A stretch of 64,000 nt of DNA. It comes from the human T2T-CHM13v2.0 reference genome, Homo sapiens. Under the pieces are notes generated by a model that did not search any database, had not been told where the DNA came from, and saw nothing but the letters and a program-made list of their open reading frames with translations. Location: positions 42,080,001 through 42,144,000 of the forward strand of contig CP068257.2 of assembly GCA_009914755.4 (NCBI GenBank), given 5' to 3'. Positions 1 to 14,866 of the stretch are shown in pieces. Each line of letters begins with the position of its first letter. The stretch's first letter is position 1. The position numbers and the translations under genes were made by a program.

Positions 1-102
1 CCCCGGGCTCCCAGAGACGCGTGACGGGGTCCCCAGGGGGTTGCTTGAGGGCCCTCAAGTCAGGAGCTGATTTCTATCCTCAAATATTTAAGCATCCCCA
101 AG

Positions 103-432
<330 letters not shown>

Positions 433-584
433 TTAACCAGAAAGTTGACAGAGAATACCGATGCACTAGGTAGACCCTGTTTTAAAAAAAAAAAAATCCC
501 CTGCTCTGCAAAGTGGCCTCTTCTTCAGAGATGTGGCATCACTGGAGGGTTCTCTTGGGGAAATGGTTAAAACACCTGGTGTTG

Positions 585-880
<296 letters not shown>

Positions 881-1017
881 ACCTGGTGTTTTGAAAAATC
901 TTTACATTTTTTCTTAGAATTCCTAGGATAGAAAGAGTCTTCTTTGCCTTCAGAACTGCACTATAAGATCCTGGAAGAATACCACCCTGCCTTTTAAAAG
1001 ACATCATTTTTGCCTTA

Positions 1018-1368
<351 letters not shown>

Positions 1369-1552
1369 AAAGGAAAGGAAAAAGAGCCAGTGGTGAAAAG
1401 TGTGCCTCCTTCCTTCCTCCGGTGGCCCGCACTAACTTCCTTAGAGGTGATGCTGATGCTGTATGTTGGAGACGCTTCTGAGTGTCCTCGGAACGTTCCC
1501 ACGTGCTCTCCAGGCCATGCTGGGCAGCTGGCTTTCCTCCCGTCTAGCTGGG

Positions 1553-1581
1553 ATTCTCTCTCTCTCTCTCTCTCTCTCTCT
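1553..1581. repeat. (CT)n microsatellite
   Basis: ctctctctct... Confidence 0.9.
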
Positions 1582-1724
1582 GGCCTCTGCCAGTCCCTGG
1601 GTCTGAGCCAGAATGTGTCCCAATCCAGGAAACAGGTGTTGTTTCTGGTATTTCTTCTTTTTCTTTCATCTTTCTCCAAGAAGGAAGAAAATTGGCTAGT
1701 TTTTTGCTTTTCTGACTCCCTTAG

Positions 1725-2264
<540 letters not shown>

Positions 2265-2309
2265 TGATCTATTTTTCCCTCTTGCCTCTGGCTCTAGCCC
2301 ACATCGGTG

Positions 2310-2552
2310 CATGTGTGTGTGTGTATGTGGGTGTGCATGTGTGTACGTGGTGTGTTTGTGTACACTGTGTGTGTATGTGGGTGTGCATGTGTGTACATGG
2401 TGTGTGTGTATGTGGGTGTGCTTGTGTGTACATGGCATGCATGTGTGCATGTGGGATGCATGTGTATGGGGCATGTGTGCATGGCGTGTGTGCACATGTC
2501 TGGGCATGCATGCGTGTGTCATGGGCATGCATGTGTGTGTATGCGGTGTGTT
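2310..2552. repeat. GT-rich imperfect repeat (gtgtgtatgtgggtgtgcatgtgtgtacatgg)n
   Basis: Alternating purine-pyrimidine low-complexity block. Confidence 0.85.
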
Positions 2553-4079
2553 GCTCTGCAGGCCCCAGTGTTGGCCGGCCCCCCCGTCTTTCCTGTAAGT
2601 GACTTCCTTCCTAGGAGGCTTGGTGTGACTGGCATTCCCTGGAAAGGGAGGGGCGGATCCGCAGAACGGGCAGCTTCGGGGACACAGGGGCTGCTGATTG
2701 GCATTGTGGCTTGTTGGCCTTGGTGTCTGCGGGTGCACACCCACACAGAGCTTTTGAAATGGAATCCTGCGTGCCCAGTTCACAGAGTGAGTGACGCTGA
2801 GGAATAAGAACAGAGGGAACTTCTCAAGGAGAAAGGAAGAAAGGAGTTGTCAAAGATGGGCTGAGCAAAAAACCGTGCAATCAGCCGAGGAGGGGCCGGC
2901 AGCGCCTCCCTTCCTGCCCACAGAGCAGCCGCCTTGTGCCCATCTATTCCCCGGCTCTGCATGGGGCCTCTGTTTTAAAGGGTTCTGTGGCCAAGACAAG
3001 CCTGCCAGCCCCTGTCCCTGTCCTTGGCCACTCCTCCGGCAGCTTTCCCCATTCCTGAAGCAGGTGGCTAGCCTGCTTAGCCTCTTGTCCCATCTCCTTA
3101 CCTGTGACAGTCACCAAGCCTCTGGGAATGTGGTCACCCTAGGACAGCTAAACGAGGAAGCTGTGCAGTGCACACAGGTTTGGCTGACCCCAAGGGCCAG
3201 TTGCTGTGCATGGGAGCGAGTTCCAAGGGGTGGGAGGGAGCCAGCACTAGGTGGAGCTCTGCCAGCCGGGGCACAGGGAGGAACAGCATCCAGGAGGAGG
3301 GTGCAGCGGGTGTGAGGCCCTGTGGAGCAGACTCTGGAGCTAGAATAAGGTGGCATTTTTGCTGCACGCTGTGGGGGTGGACGGGGCCCGAGGTCACACC
3401 AGGGAGCCCATATTGGGTCAGGAATGCTGCTTTGGCAATCCCTGGACTCAGCCCCCAGCTGTCTGGCCATCTGGGCACTTCTGAGCCAGCCATGACCTCT
3501 GCCTTCCCTTAGCACTTTGCAGTGAGCCCAGCACCTGGCAGCCCCTGCCCAGCTGGTGCACGGTCCCTCTGCGGCACTGTGAGCCTGGAAGTAGGGAGCT
3601 GGGTGTCCATGTGCTCTGAGCAGGGCTGGGGGCCCAGGCGATGGACCCTGGAGCTGTGAAGGCTGAGGCAGGGGTGGGTCAGGGATGAGGGGAGACTGCT
3701 CTGGGGGGCTCGGGGCCATTTCCACCAGAAGTTCCCCCTGGGAGTTTGTAGGACAAAGGACATGGTTGATGTGGATCATAGGGCTGACCAGTGGCAGGCG
3801 GTGGGAGGGACGCGGGGTGCTTGTGCCCCAGGTTGATCAGGGTGAAGCAGTCACATGATCTCTCCTGTCCTCTTTCCTCATTCTGGTTTCCTAAAGTGGT
3901 CAGAGGTCTCTGCAAAATAAGCTAAAGGGAGGGTTCTGCTGGGTGGGTGGCTTCGGCTTCTGTGCAGCGCTCACCCTGCTCTCCCCTGGAACGCCTGGAA
4001 CTAGGGTGGTCAGGCTGGGGTGGAGGAGCTCCCCTGGAATGTTCCAGAGCTTCCCCCACTCCTGCCGTTCTGAGTCACC

Positions 4080-4870
4080 CTGCCTCCCCGGAGGAGGAGG
4101 AGGATCAGCTGAGCCGCCGCGCTCACGTAGTGTCTGGCTGTCTGCCTGTCTGCCTCGCTGTGAGCAGAGTGGGATGCTGCCGATAAGGCGCGCACGTGGG
4201 CCCTGGGAGGAGCCCGAGGCAGCCACTCCCGCACGTGGGCAGGAGGAGGGCTGCTCACACCACCGGCCGAGGGAGGAGGACTGCGGGCTGCGCCTGGGCA
4301 GGGGATGAGCTTGTGTCGCGGGCGGCAGGGGGAAGGGAGTCGGAGAGCTCCTGCGGTCCAGCCGGATGACTGATGAGGTTGAAAGCACTTCCGCTGCGGC
4401 CCCCGCAGGAAGTTCCCAGGAGGAAGTTGCGACCCTTTCTAAGCCATCCCACTGGCCTGGACTCTGCTGGGATTATTTTGACCCCCCAGGGCAGAGTGTA
4501 GCCATCTGACTGGCTTTCTCTCTCGGCAGGAGACGGGGCGCACGCCTGCAGGTGGGGGAGCCCCAATACGTCACACGGATGAGCGGGGCAAAGCCCAGCC
4601 CCCCACCCCGCACCCGCCCGCCCGCAATCCTGCCCCCTGGCTGCGGCCTCCGCGGCTCTTCCCACCCCGGCTCCGCTGGGTGCTTGGCGCTTGTTTACGG
4701 AGTTACACCTTGCGGTAGAGGCTGAGCAGGAGCTTGTCCTTCAGACTTCCCAGCGGAGACAGCCAGGCTGTCCTGTGGCAGCAGTGGGTTTGCCAGAGGC
4801 CGGGGGCTTTGGCCAGGGCCGGCAGAGAGCCCCAGTCCTGAAGAACCCTCGTTCTTCGCGTGCTGTCGCG
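4080..4870. promoter_or_regulatory. CpG-rich island inside PDXK intron 1
   Basis: Dense CpG content (gccgccgcgctcacg, aaggcgcgcacgtgg, gtcgcgggcggcag, ccgcacccgcccgcccgc) in an otherwise CpG-poor intron. Confidence 0.5.
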
Positions 4871-5196
4871 GGGGCTCCGTAGGCACGGTTGCAGCAGGGT
4901 CTTGGAGGCCGAAAGAAGGACGGTCTGAGCTGAGAGAGGGGAGTTGGCCAGGCACAGGGGTTTCAGAGCTTTACAGGATTCAGAAGGTGCCCGGGGTTCT
5001 GCAGCCCAGTGAGGAGTTCACAGAGTGGTGGGCGACCCAGCAGCCAGGGGCATCAGCCGTGGGAGTGGGACGCTCCGGGAGTCTGAGCTGCATCCTGTGG
5101 GCGCAGCAGACGCTCAAGGGCTGGGTTTAGAGGGGTACGTCTGGAGGTGCGGGTGGGGAATGCACATGAGGGGAGCTAGGAGCAGAACAGTAGCAC

Positions 5197-5530
5197 GGGC
5201 CGAGCACGATGGCTCACGCCTTGTTATTGCACCACTTTGGGAGGCTGAGGTGGGAGGATCGCTTGAGCCCCGGAGTTCAAGACCAGCCTGGGCAATATAG
5301 GCAATATTTCTCCACAAAAAATAAAACATAAAAAATTAACCAGGCATGGTGACACATGCCTGTAGTCCCAGCTACTCAGGAGGCTAAGGCAGGAGAATCA
5401 ATTGAGCCCAGGAGGGAGAGGTTGCAGCGAGCTGAGATTGTGCCGCTGGACTCCAGCCTGGGCAACAGCATGAGATCCTGTCTCAAAAAAAGAAAACCAA
5501 AACAAAACAAAAAAAACAAAAAACAAAAAA
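5197..5530 (+). mobile_element. Alu
   Basis: Alu consensus with an A-rich tail. Confidence 0.9.
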
Positions 5531-5643
5531 TGGTAGCACGGCGGCCTAATAAGACCATCCCGAGAAGGGGGATGAGGTGATAGTCCACAGGCCTCAGTGG
5601 ACCGTCACAGCAGGTATGGACATCAGAGAGTCTTGCTCATATC

Positions 5644-5683
5644 TGATTGATTGATTGATTGATTGATTGATTTGGTTTGATTT
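5644..5683. repeat. (GATT)n microsatellite
   Basis: gattgattgatt... about 8 units. Confidence 0.9.
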
Positions 5684-5685
5684 GA

Positions 5686-5979
<294 letters not shown>

Positions 5980-6221
5980 TAGAGTATGTACTGCCAAGCT
6001 CCGTGGTGTGAATACTTCCACTATAGCTGAACGTAAACTACCAACCTGAGCAGGAAAGAGCTGTGCAGCAGCCTCTGTCATGTAGCGTTCTTCCCTCCAG
6101 ACACAATAGACACAAATAGCTGAGTAGACAACAGATAGTGTAAAATGCTAGTAAACTAGGAAGTGGTGAGGCTACAATATATATTATGTTTACTTTTAAT
6201 ATAGTTTATGTAGTCTGGGTG

Positions 6222-6510
6222 CAGTGGCTCATACCTGTAGTCCCAGCACTTTGGGAGGCTAAGGGAGGAGAATTGATTGAGCTTAGGAGTTCAGGACTAG
6301 CCTGGACAACATAGTGAGACTCTGTCTCAACAAAAAAATATAAAAATTAGCCAGGTGTGGCAGCACGCACCTGTAGTCCTAGCTACTCAGGAGGCTGAAG
6401 AGGGTGGATCCCTTGATCCCAGGAGTTCAAGGCTGTAGTGAGCTATGATTGTGCCACTGCACTCCAGCCTGGGTGATAGAGTGAGACCCTGTCTCAAAAA
6501 ATAATAATAT
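6222..6510 (+). mobile_element. Alu (older, AluJ-like)
   Basis: Diverged Alu consensus. Confidence 0.85.
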
Positions 6511-6542
6511 AATTTACATAATTGTAAGTTTTATGACTCAAT

Positions 6543-6676
6543 TTTTTTTTTAAATAGAGATGGAATCTTGCTATGTTGCTCAGTCTGGTCTTGAACTCCT
6601 GGGCTTAAGTGATCAATCCTCCAGCCTCAGCCTCCCAAAGTGCTGCGATCACAGGTGTGAGCCACTGTGCCTGGCC
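6543..6676 (-). mobile_element. Alu fragment (antisense)
   Basis: Reverse complement of the Alu 5' half. Confidence 0.8.
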
Positions 6677-8277
6677 ATATGACTCAGTTTTTAATAATGA
6701 CTCTACGTAAAACTGACCTGCACTATTGCATCTGGCAATCGCGTGGCCCAATCCATCTTCAAAGCCAGCAACAGTCGTTGAGTCCTTCTTTTAACTTCCA
6801 ATCTCTGATTTTTCCTTCTGCCCTTCAGCCTGAGAAAACTCTGCTTTTGAAGGGCTCATGTCATTCAATTAAACTCTCCTGGATAAGAAGATCCTCATGG
6901 GAGAGAGATCTCATCACACTGACAGGTTTCACCCACACTCAGGGGGTTGCCCGAGGGTGAGCGGGGTCCCTGAAGGTCATTCTTAGAATTCTGCCACGGA
7001 AGAGCCCCATAGGCCATTATAGGGACAGGGTTTACTGTAAAACAAGGTGATTCACATACACAGACCAGTAATGCTGTTCCTAAAGGGGCCCAAGCTGATC
7101 CCATCAGTCAGCAGGGCTGCTCACAGGGCACCTGGCCTGTCTTTGTTGAAGGCGATTCCTGTGAAGGCAGTGGAGGAGCTCCGGGTGGGAGGTGAGTGTT
7201 GTGGAGAGCCCAGCAGCCCGCTGGGCTGAACCTTGGACCAAGAACCAGTCTGTCCTTGGCTCCCTTGTGGGTGGGGAAAGATGAGGTGTATCAGGCAGGG
7301 TCCAGTCCAGAAACAGAAACCAGAGCAACAATCGTAGAGGCCGTTGTTCAGCCAGGTATTGAGAAAATAGAGAAGGCAAAAAGGGAACACTGGTGTCGTG
7401 GAGGAGACCCCTGCCAGCATTGGCTCCACACAGCTGACCCTGGGATAAGAGAATTGTTGGACTCTTTAGAACCTGGAGCTGGGAAGGCAGGTGTCTGCCA
7501 GCTGGCGGGTGCTGGGAGTCTGTGGGGGCATGCGATGAGGAATTCTGCTGGTGGAGGGAAAGCCACAAAGTGGATTCCGCTGCTGCTATGGGAAGGGACG
7601 GTCACTACCGCTGCCCCTGTGGGGAGAAGAGCCCCGGGGGAAGAAGAGCACTGCTGACAGAAGCCCATTCTCTTCGCAGGCTTCAGTTTCACATTCTTGG
7701 TACCTCCTGGTGGTGCCTGGGAGGGAGCCACTGCTGTACAGAGATGCCAATTCCAGAGGCATGGTCCGGCACAGAGCGCTGGCTTCCAGCTGAAGGACAT
7801 GTGTAACAGCAGGAGATACCTTTCTCTGGGGTCCCAGGCTCCCGTCCTGGACCTTGGCACCCCGCCCCCCGTGCATTGTCGTCTTCTGAGTCTGGCTTTG
7901 TCTGGCACATGAAGTTGGATGGGTAGACTCTGGAAGCGTCCAGACCAGCTTGCGATGCTGATGAATAAGCTGATTTTGATGGGGTGTGTGAAACGGAGAT
8001 GCCAGCCCAGGGGCTCAGCTTGCTCGTGCTCTCATTTAAAAGCAGAAAATAGCGACTTCATTCTCGGATACGTTTGCCAGCCCCAAAGGATTAATTATCT
8101 ACACACCCAGAAGCAGTGGAGCAGAATATTTTGGCAGGATTTTCAGGATTTGTGTCATCGTTGCTTAATATCTGTTTCTTCACAGTCGGTTAGAATTTTA
8201 AAGGATTTGAAATACTGCAAGCTATCTGTGTATAGAGGCTGTGGATTCGGGCTGGTACATTTGCAAAGTGCCCATTT

Positions 8278-8588
8278 TATTTTTTATTTTTATTTTTATG
8301 TTTTTTGAGACATATTCTCACTCCGTCACCCAGGCTAGAGTGCAGTGGTGCCATCAGGGCTCACTGCAGCCTCCACCTCCTGGGCTCAGTGATCCTCCCA
8401 CCTCAGCCTCCCGAGTAGCTGGGACTACAGACATGTGCCACCACGCCCGGCTAATTTCTGTATTTTTTGTAGAGACAGGGTTTTTGCCATGTTGCCCAGG
8501 CTGGTCTTGAACTCCTGGCCTCAAACTGTACTCCTACCTCGGCCTCCTAAAGTGCTGGGATTACAGGCATGAGCCACTGCACCTGGCC
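8278..8588 (-). mobile_element. Alu (antisense)
   Basis: Alu consensus in reverse complement. Confidence 0.9.
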
Positions 8589-8785
8589 GCAAAAAAAGTT
8601 AAAGTGCTAACTTTAACTTTTTAGATTAGTAAGACTGCTAACGTGTTTCATTAGTTCAGTGATAATACCGGCTTCAAAGAAAAGCCTTGGCAAATACAAA
8701 TCGTAAGCAGATAGCTCAACTCATCATCACAAAGCAAAGCCCACCCAGTGAAGAAACAAATGTGGGAAGCCCCGGAAGCCCCTCC

Positions 8786-8822
8786 CCATCCCCACCCCCC
8801 CCCCCCCGCCCCCCCCGCCCTG
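8786..8822. repeat. Poly-C tract (C13 G C8 G C3)
   Basis: cccacccccccccccccgccccccccgccc. Confidence 0.85.
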
Positions 8823-9536
8823 GAAACAGCCGCTGTCCTGGTGTTGACAGCAGAGGTGGCACTGCCTGGCTTTGAACTTGAAGGTGGGACTCAGGGGTGG
8901 TTGGCTGTTCAGATGCAGCAGGGAGAGAGGGTTTGGGGCATTGCTGGTGCACGGGAGAGGGTGGGGATGGCCCCCCAAACTAGCGGAGGCCGGGCTTGGC
9001 CCTGGGAGATACAGGAAGGAGGCCCCCACTCCGTGGATTCCGTCCTTCCTCTCCATCTGTCTGGAACCCTCACCCTCTCCCTCCCTCTCTGTCCTCACAC
9101 ACCCACTCCCTGACTCTCACTCAGGCTTTTGAGGCATGTGTGCTGCCCGCGGAGCCCTTGGCCTGACTTCTTCCAAGGGGTGGGGTAGACGCCCACATTT
9201 TCACAGCAGAGACAGCCTCCCAGCCTCTGTTCAGTGTGTGGACAGATGGGTATTGCCTTCGTTTTATTGTTTGTTAGTCTTATTGAGTGCTTTCGCTGGG
9301 TGCGATTTCTGGAATGATGCGTGAAGTGCTTCCCCATGGAGGTCCTGTGGGCTGGGCGATGCCCTCCCGGGCTGGTTGCTCCCCAGAGAGGGAAGCCCAG
9401 CTCCAGACACACAAGGCCCTGCCTGTGCACATGTCATGTGTGACTCGGGGAGAGCCTCCTGCTCTGATGCGTCAGCCCTCCAGCCTGCAGCTGGGGGCCC
9501 CGTGCCAGCCGGGACTCATTTACTCCCCTCTTCTGA

Positions 9537-9790
<254 letters not shown>

Positions 9791-12164
9791 ACCTGGAGTC
9801 CTGGGCGTCGCTCGGGCAGAGCCTGCACAGCATATCAGGGTGTAGGCCTGGGTGGCCTCGCCTCTGAGAGGGGTTGTGTTGACTCAGCTTGGCTGCTTTG
9901 AGGCTGTGTGACCCAGTGCAGGTGGCAGAACCTCTCGGTGCTTCAGTTTCCTTCTCTGTAAGACAGGAGGGCAATCCTAACACCTGCCGTGAGGTTGCCA
10001 GAGTTGATTACGTCACTTGCATAAAATGCTTGGACCAATGCCTGGCTCAGAGCGCAGCCGTGTGACTCCTGCTGTCCACCTGCCTCCTGGAGCTGAGGAG
10101 GGTCCCCCATGGGGTGGTCGTGCTGGGGGATGTGTAGGTGGTTCTGGGTTTTCTCTGTTAACAGCAGTGCTGCAGGGCCCCGTGTGTGCCTCTGTCTCCC
10201 TGCCCTGGGACTCTGAGGACTTTGCTGGCTCAGGGGACTGAGGGTGGCCGGCCTCAGAAGCCCCTCACAGGCCATGCTTTCCATGCCCCCAGCCCCATGG
10301 CCTGGGGGTGGAGGTGCGTGGAGTCCCCCCTCCTCTCTGTGGTTTCTATACTGCTTCGTCGGCAGGAGAACAAAGCTGTTCTGTTCTTTGAAACCCCACC
10401 TCGCTTCCCCTGAAATTTCTCTGAACCCAGGCGGAACCTTGGGAGCACAGAACGTCCCAGAAACAGCCTGGCAGAGCATCAGTGCGATATGTTGGAGCAG
10501 GGAGGAGGGGCCTGGCCCCTACTCTTGGGAGTGGGAAGGAATGCTGTGGTTTCTTTTGAGGTGGGCATGACACGTGCTAAGTGAGAGGAAAGAGTTGCTT
10601 GGCCGGTGCAGACGGACAGGCTCCAGCTCTTGGCGGTGCAGATGGACAAGCTCCAGCTCTCGCTGAAACCCTTTCCTGCCTTTGCTTGCGGGGCACACTG
10701 GGTGCTGTGAGATTTGGAGACGTCCCCGAAGACTCAGGCCCTCCAGGAGCCTCCCTGAACCCACATGTCCTTCCTGGCTGCTCTCGCCATCCTCCTTTAG
10801 GATTTATTTTTCAGTGAGTGAGCTGGCCGGCTTGGACACTAAAGCAGGGTGTTGAGTGTGTTTCTGGGGACTGTGTTGGGCTCCGTCAGTGCTGGTTCAA
10901 CATCCACACCGACCCGGCTGCCCTTGCATGGATTCCAGGTTGCGGGAGGGCCCCGGGCTTTGGCAATGCCTTCCAGGCTTGGTGGAAGCTTCTCAGTGGG
11001 TGGTGGGCTGGCTGACCCGAGGGCCCAGAGATAGAAAAGGGGTCTCTGGTCTGCCCTCAGGGGACTGGGATGAGGACAGGACCCCAGGCGCTTGGGAGCC
11101 TCCACAGTTGCAGAGCCAGGCAGACAGCCTGGGGGTGTCCCTTCCCATGGGGTCCAGCCTGTGGTTCCTGGGAGCCCCCACTCCAGCCTCCTCCAGATGC
11201 CATGGGGGGCCTGCTGGTTTAGGACCCCTTAGCCAGCTCAGTCTATGGCTGTGGGCTGGCTCCCAGCCCCCTGTACCCACACTCTCGGGGTCAGCTGTCT
11301 GTGCGGCCTGATCAGGAGGCCCCCGGGTAGCTTCCCTAAGGCTGTCTCTGTGGCTCAGGGGCAACTCCCTAGGGCAGTGAGGGCAGGTGTCACTCTCCCC
11401 TGCACCGGGGCCCTTCTGCCTGCTCCCCTTCCCTCGCCCCTGCCACACTGTGCTGCTGGGGAGTGAGGCTGGTGCATCGTGTACCTGCCCTGGGTGCCAC
11501 GGGAGCTGGTGGTCAAGACGGGGGACTCGGCCTCCTCCGTGCAGCCCCTCAGCCCCTCTGGGCTCCCGTGCCACCCACTGTGAGTGCGGTGCCCACGATG
11601 ACACTGTCTGTTCTGCAGACCTTGACAGAGCTGGAGGCGCTTTTTGTTTTTTGAGTTTTTTTGTTGTTGTTTTTCCTTTTTGTTCCCCCTACCCTCTGTC
11701 TAAGGGCTAGAGGTGCTTATTTTTCACCAAACTCACCTCCAGGAAGCATTTTACTGGTCCTGATTATGCACAAAGAAAGATGTCTGCATGCACGACGGGC
11801 CTCCCGCATTGTAGGGGCTGTTCTGCTCCGGGCACCCTTGTTCCAGGGCTGCGCTCCCCGGGCTGTCTCAGGGGCCACGTTGTCATGTTCCTCCTGCTGC
11901 GTGGCCCATCGTGCGTGCCCAGGACCAGCTCACGCCCTGTGTGACCGGCCACGTGAGCCCAGCCACAAGCAGCCGTGCGGACACTCGGGCCGTTTCCACT
12001 TTTTGGCTGTTGGGGTCATGCTGCCATGAACGTTTGTCTCAGTTCTCCAGTGAGCACCTAGGAGTTGAAGGTGGGGTTGCACAGGCTGCGCCTGATTTGG
12101 CAGGGAGCTGGGATGATGCTGCCAGGGAGCTCATTCGCGACTCTGCCCAGGGTTTTCCTTTTCC

Positions 12165-12474
12165 TTTTTCTGTTTTTTTTTTTTTTTTTTTGTGAGACAA
12201 GGTCTCCCTCTGTCATTCAGGCTGGAGTGCAGTCCTGCGGTCATGACTCACTGCAGCCTTGACTTCCTGAGCTCAAGAGATCCTCCCACCTCACCCTCTT
12301 AAGTGGCTGGGTCTACAGGTGTGCACCACCACACCGAGCTAATTTTGCTATTTTTCATAGAGACGGAGTCTCACTATGTTGCCCAAGGTGGTCTTGAACT
12401 CCTTGGGCTCAAGCGATCCTGCCCCCTCAGCCTCCCAAAGTGCTGGGATTACAGGTGTGAGACTCCACGCCCAG
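12165..12474 (-). mobile_element. Alu (antisense)
   Basis: Alu consensus in reverse complement. Confidence 0.85.
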
Positions 12475-12475
12475 T

Positions 12476-12640
12476 CTTTTCTTTTTTCTTTTTTAGAGAC
12501 AAGGTCGGTCTCTGTCGCCCAGGCTGGCGTGAAGTGGCGCAACCAGCTCACTGCAGCCTTGACCTCCTGGGCTGAAGCAATCTTTCTGCCTCCACCTCCC
12601 GAGTGGCTGGGACTATAGTTGTGCACCAGCACGCCCACCT
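12476..12640 (-). mobile_element. Alu fragment (antisense)
   Basis: Reverse complement of the Alu 3' half. Confidence 0.8.
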
Positions 12641-14387
12641 CCTGCCCAGGGTTGTTACTGGGGTGGTCACGTGGGCAGCTTCTGCCTGGGATGGGCCACA
12701 AAGCCAGACTCCCGGCAGGGACACGGGTGTTCCACACAAGCTGCGTTGTTGGTTCCCTGACGCCCTTCAGGCTGGGGGGTGGGAAAGCCGATCCCCCAAG
12801 TGCCTGCAGAGCCCACCTGGCGCAGGCCTCGCCGCCTCGAGGCTGCTGCTCGCACTTCTGCCCCTTCCCCCGGCCAGGCCCCCGTTCCTTGAGGCCGTAC
12901 CACAAGGTGCGTTCATTTTTCCACACCGTGAGCTGGGCTTGGCAGAGCCTCCACCTTGTGGCCAGTATTCCCAGTGGCCCCTTTGAGAGGATTTCCTGGA
13001 GCTCCCTGTCTGAGCTTCCCGGACTGAGGGCACTGGGAAGGAGCCTGCGGAGCTGGAGGTCAGCGGGTGGACGGGTTGCGCTGTCCTGGCTTTCGGAGTG
13101 TAGAGCCAGAGGGGATGGGACAGGTGCCCTGCTGCTGGGCTTGGTGGTCCCTGCTGCAGGGAAGGGGCAGCTGGTGTGAACACAAGGAGCTGCGGGGCTG
13201 GAGAAGGCCAGGGCCAGGAGCCTGCCGACGGACACCAGCGAGGGGCCAGGCCGGGCCAGGAGCCTGCCGACGGACACCAGCGAGGGGCCAGGCCGGGCCA
13301 GACTCCCTGGCCGGCTGGGATCTGACAGGAGCGCCAGGCTCCTTGGGCCGCCCGAGGAACCGCTTGTTTGCCTGTGCTTTTTCATCTGTAAATGGAATGA
13401 GTTGGACACAAGATCCAAGCGCCCTCCCCTGTTGGAGAAGGTTCTTGTGGGCTCTGGGCCCATCCCACATCCCACAGTGGGCAGGAGGCCACCAAGAGGT
13501 GCAAGACCATGCCCTCTGTTTCGATAGGAAGCTGGGCCTCAGAGGGGCCTGGGGCCTGTGTCTGAGACCCGGCCAAGTGCTGGACGTCTCCCCTTCCTCA
13601 TGGCTGTTATGGCTGAATTACGTCCCCCCAAATTCTCATGTTGCAGCCTTAACCCCAGCACCTCAGTGTGGGACTGGGTTTGGAGATGGAGCCCCTACAG
13701 AGGTCAGCAGGTTAAAAGAGGCCATCAGGGCTCTGGGTGGGCCCTGATCCAAGCTGCTTGGTGTCCTTGTAAGAAGAAGAGATGAGGACACAGACACACA
13801 CAGAGGGACAGCCCCATGAGGAAACAGGGAGGCAATGCCGTCTGCAAGCCCAGGGCAGAGGCCTCAGGAACCAGCCCTGGTGACACCTGGACCTTGGACC
13901 CCCGTGCCCAGGACAGTAGGAGAATTGGAGCCGCCTGGCTGCAGTCCTTCCCGATGGCACCCTGTATTAGTCCGTTCTCACACTGCTAATTGTTGGGAAA
14001 AGGGCTTGTGGAATGCCTGTATAAACTGGCCATGAAAATATGGGACAATAAGTTGTGGAAAGCCACAAGAGGCCTCTGAGGAGGAAAGCCTCCTAATTGC
14101 CATCATGTTCGCATGCTCAGGGCGAGACCTGCTGTCTTATCTGTAAACACCGTGTTCAAGGAGAAAGACATTCCTTCGAAGCACTGGACTGTGGACAGAC
14201 ACACGAGCTCCTGGTTAAGCCCGCTCCCACCAGCTCCTGTCCGATAAGTTAAAGATACGCTGTTTGAGCACAAAGGAGATTCATTGAAACCGCTATTGCT
14301 GTAGATTACGCCTGTGACGCACTGCCTCCCTTTCACTGTTTCGCCCTGAATATCTGCTTCTCAGATCTAAGTGACTGTACTCAATAA

Positions 14388-14712
<325 letters not shown>

Positions 14713-14866
14713 ACACACCACGCCCAGCTAATTTTTGTATTTTTTAGTAGAGATGAGGTTTTGCCACGTTGGCCAGGCTGGTCTCGAACTCCCGACCTCA
14801 GGTGATCTGCCTGCCTGAGCCTCCCAAACTGCTGGGATTACAGGCGTGAGCCACCGCACCCGGCCC
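14713..14866 (-). mobile_element. Alu fragment (antisense)
   Basis: Reverse complement of the Alu 5' half. Confidence 0.85.

Noticed and set aside
12348-13475. 375-aa minus-strand ORF
   Set aside because: Lies in PDXK intron 2, overlaps Alu sequence and a 48-bp direct duplication, and has a GC-rich low-complexity composition (P/G/S/R/L). No recognisable domain. Long ORFs arise by chance in GC-rich DNA.
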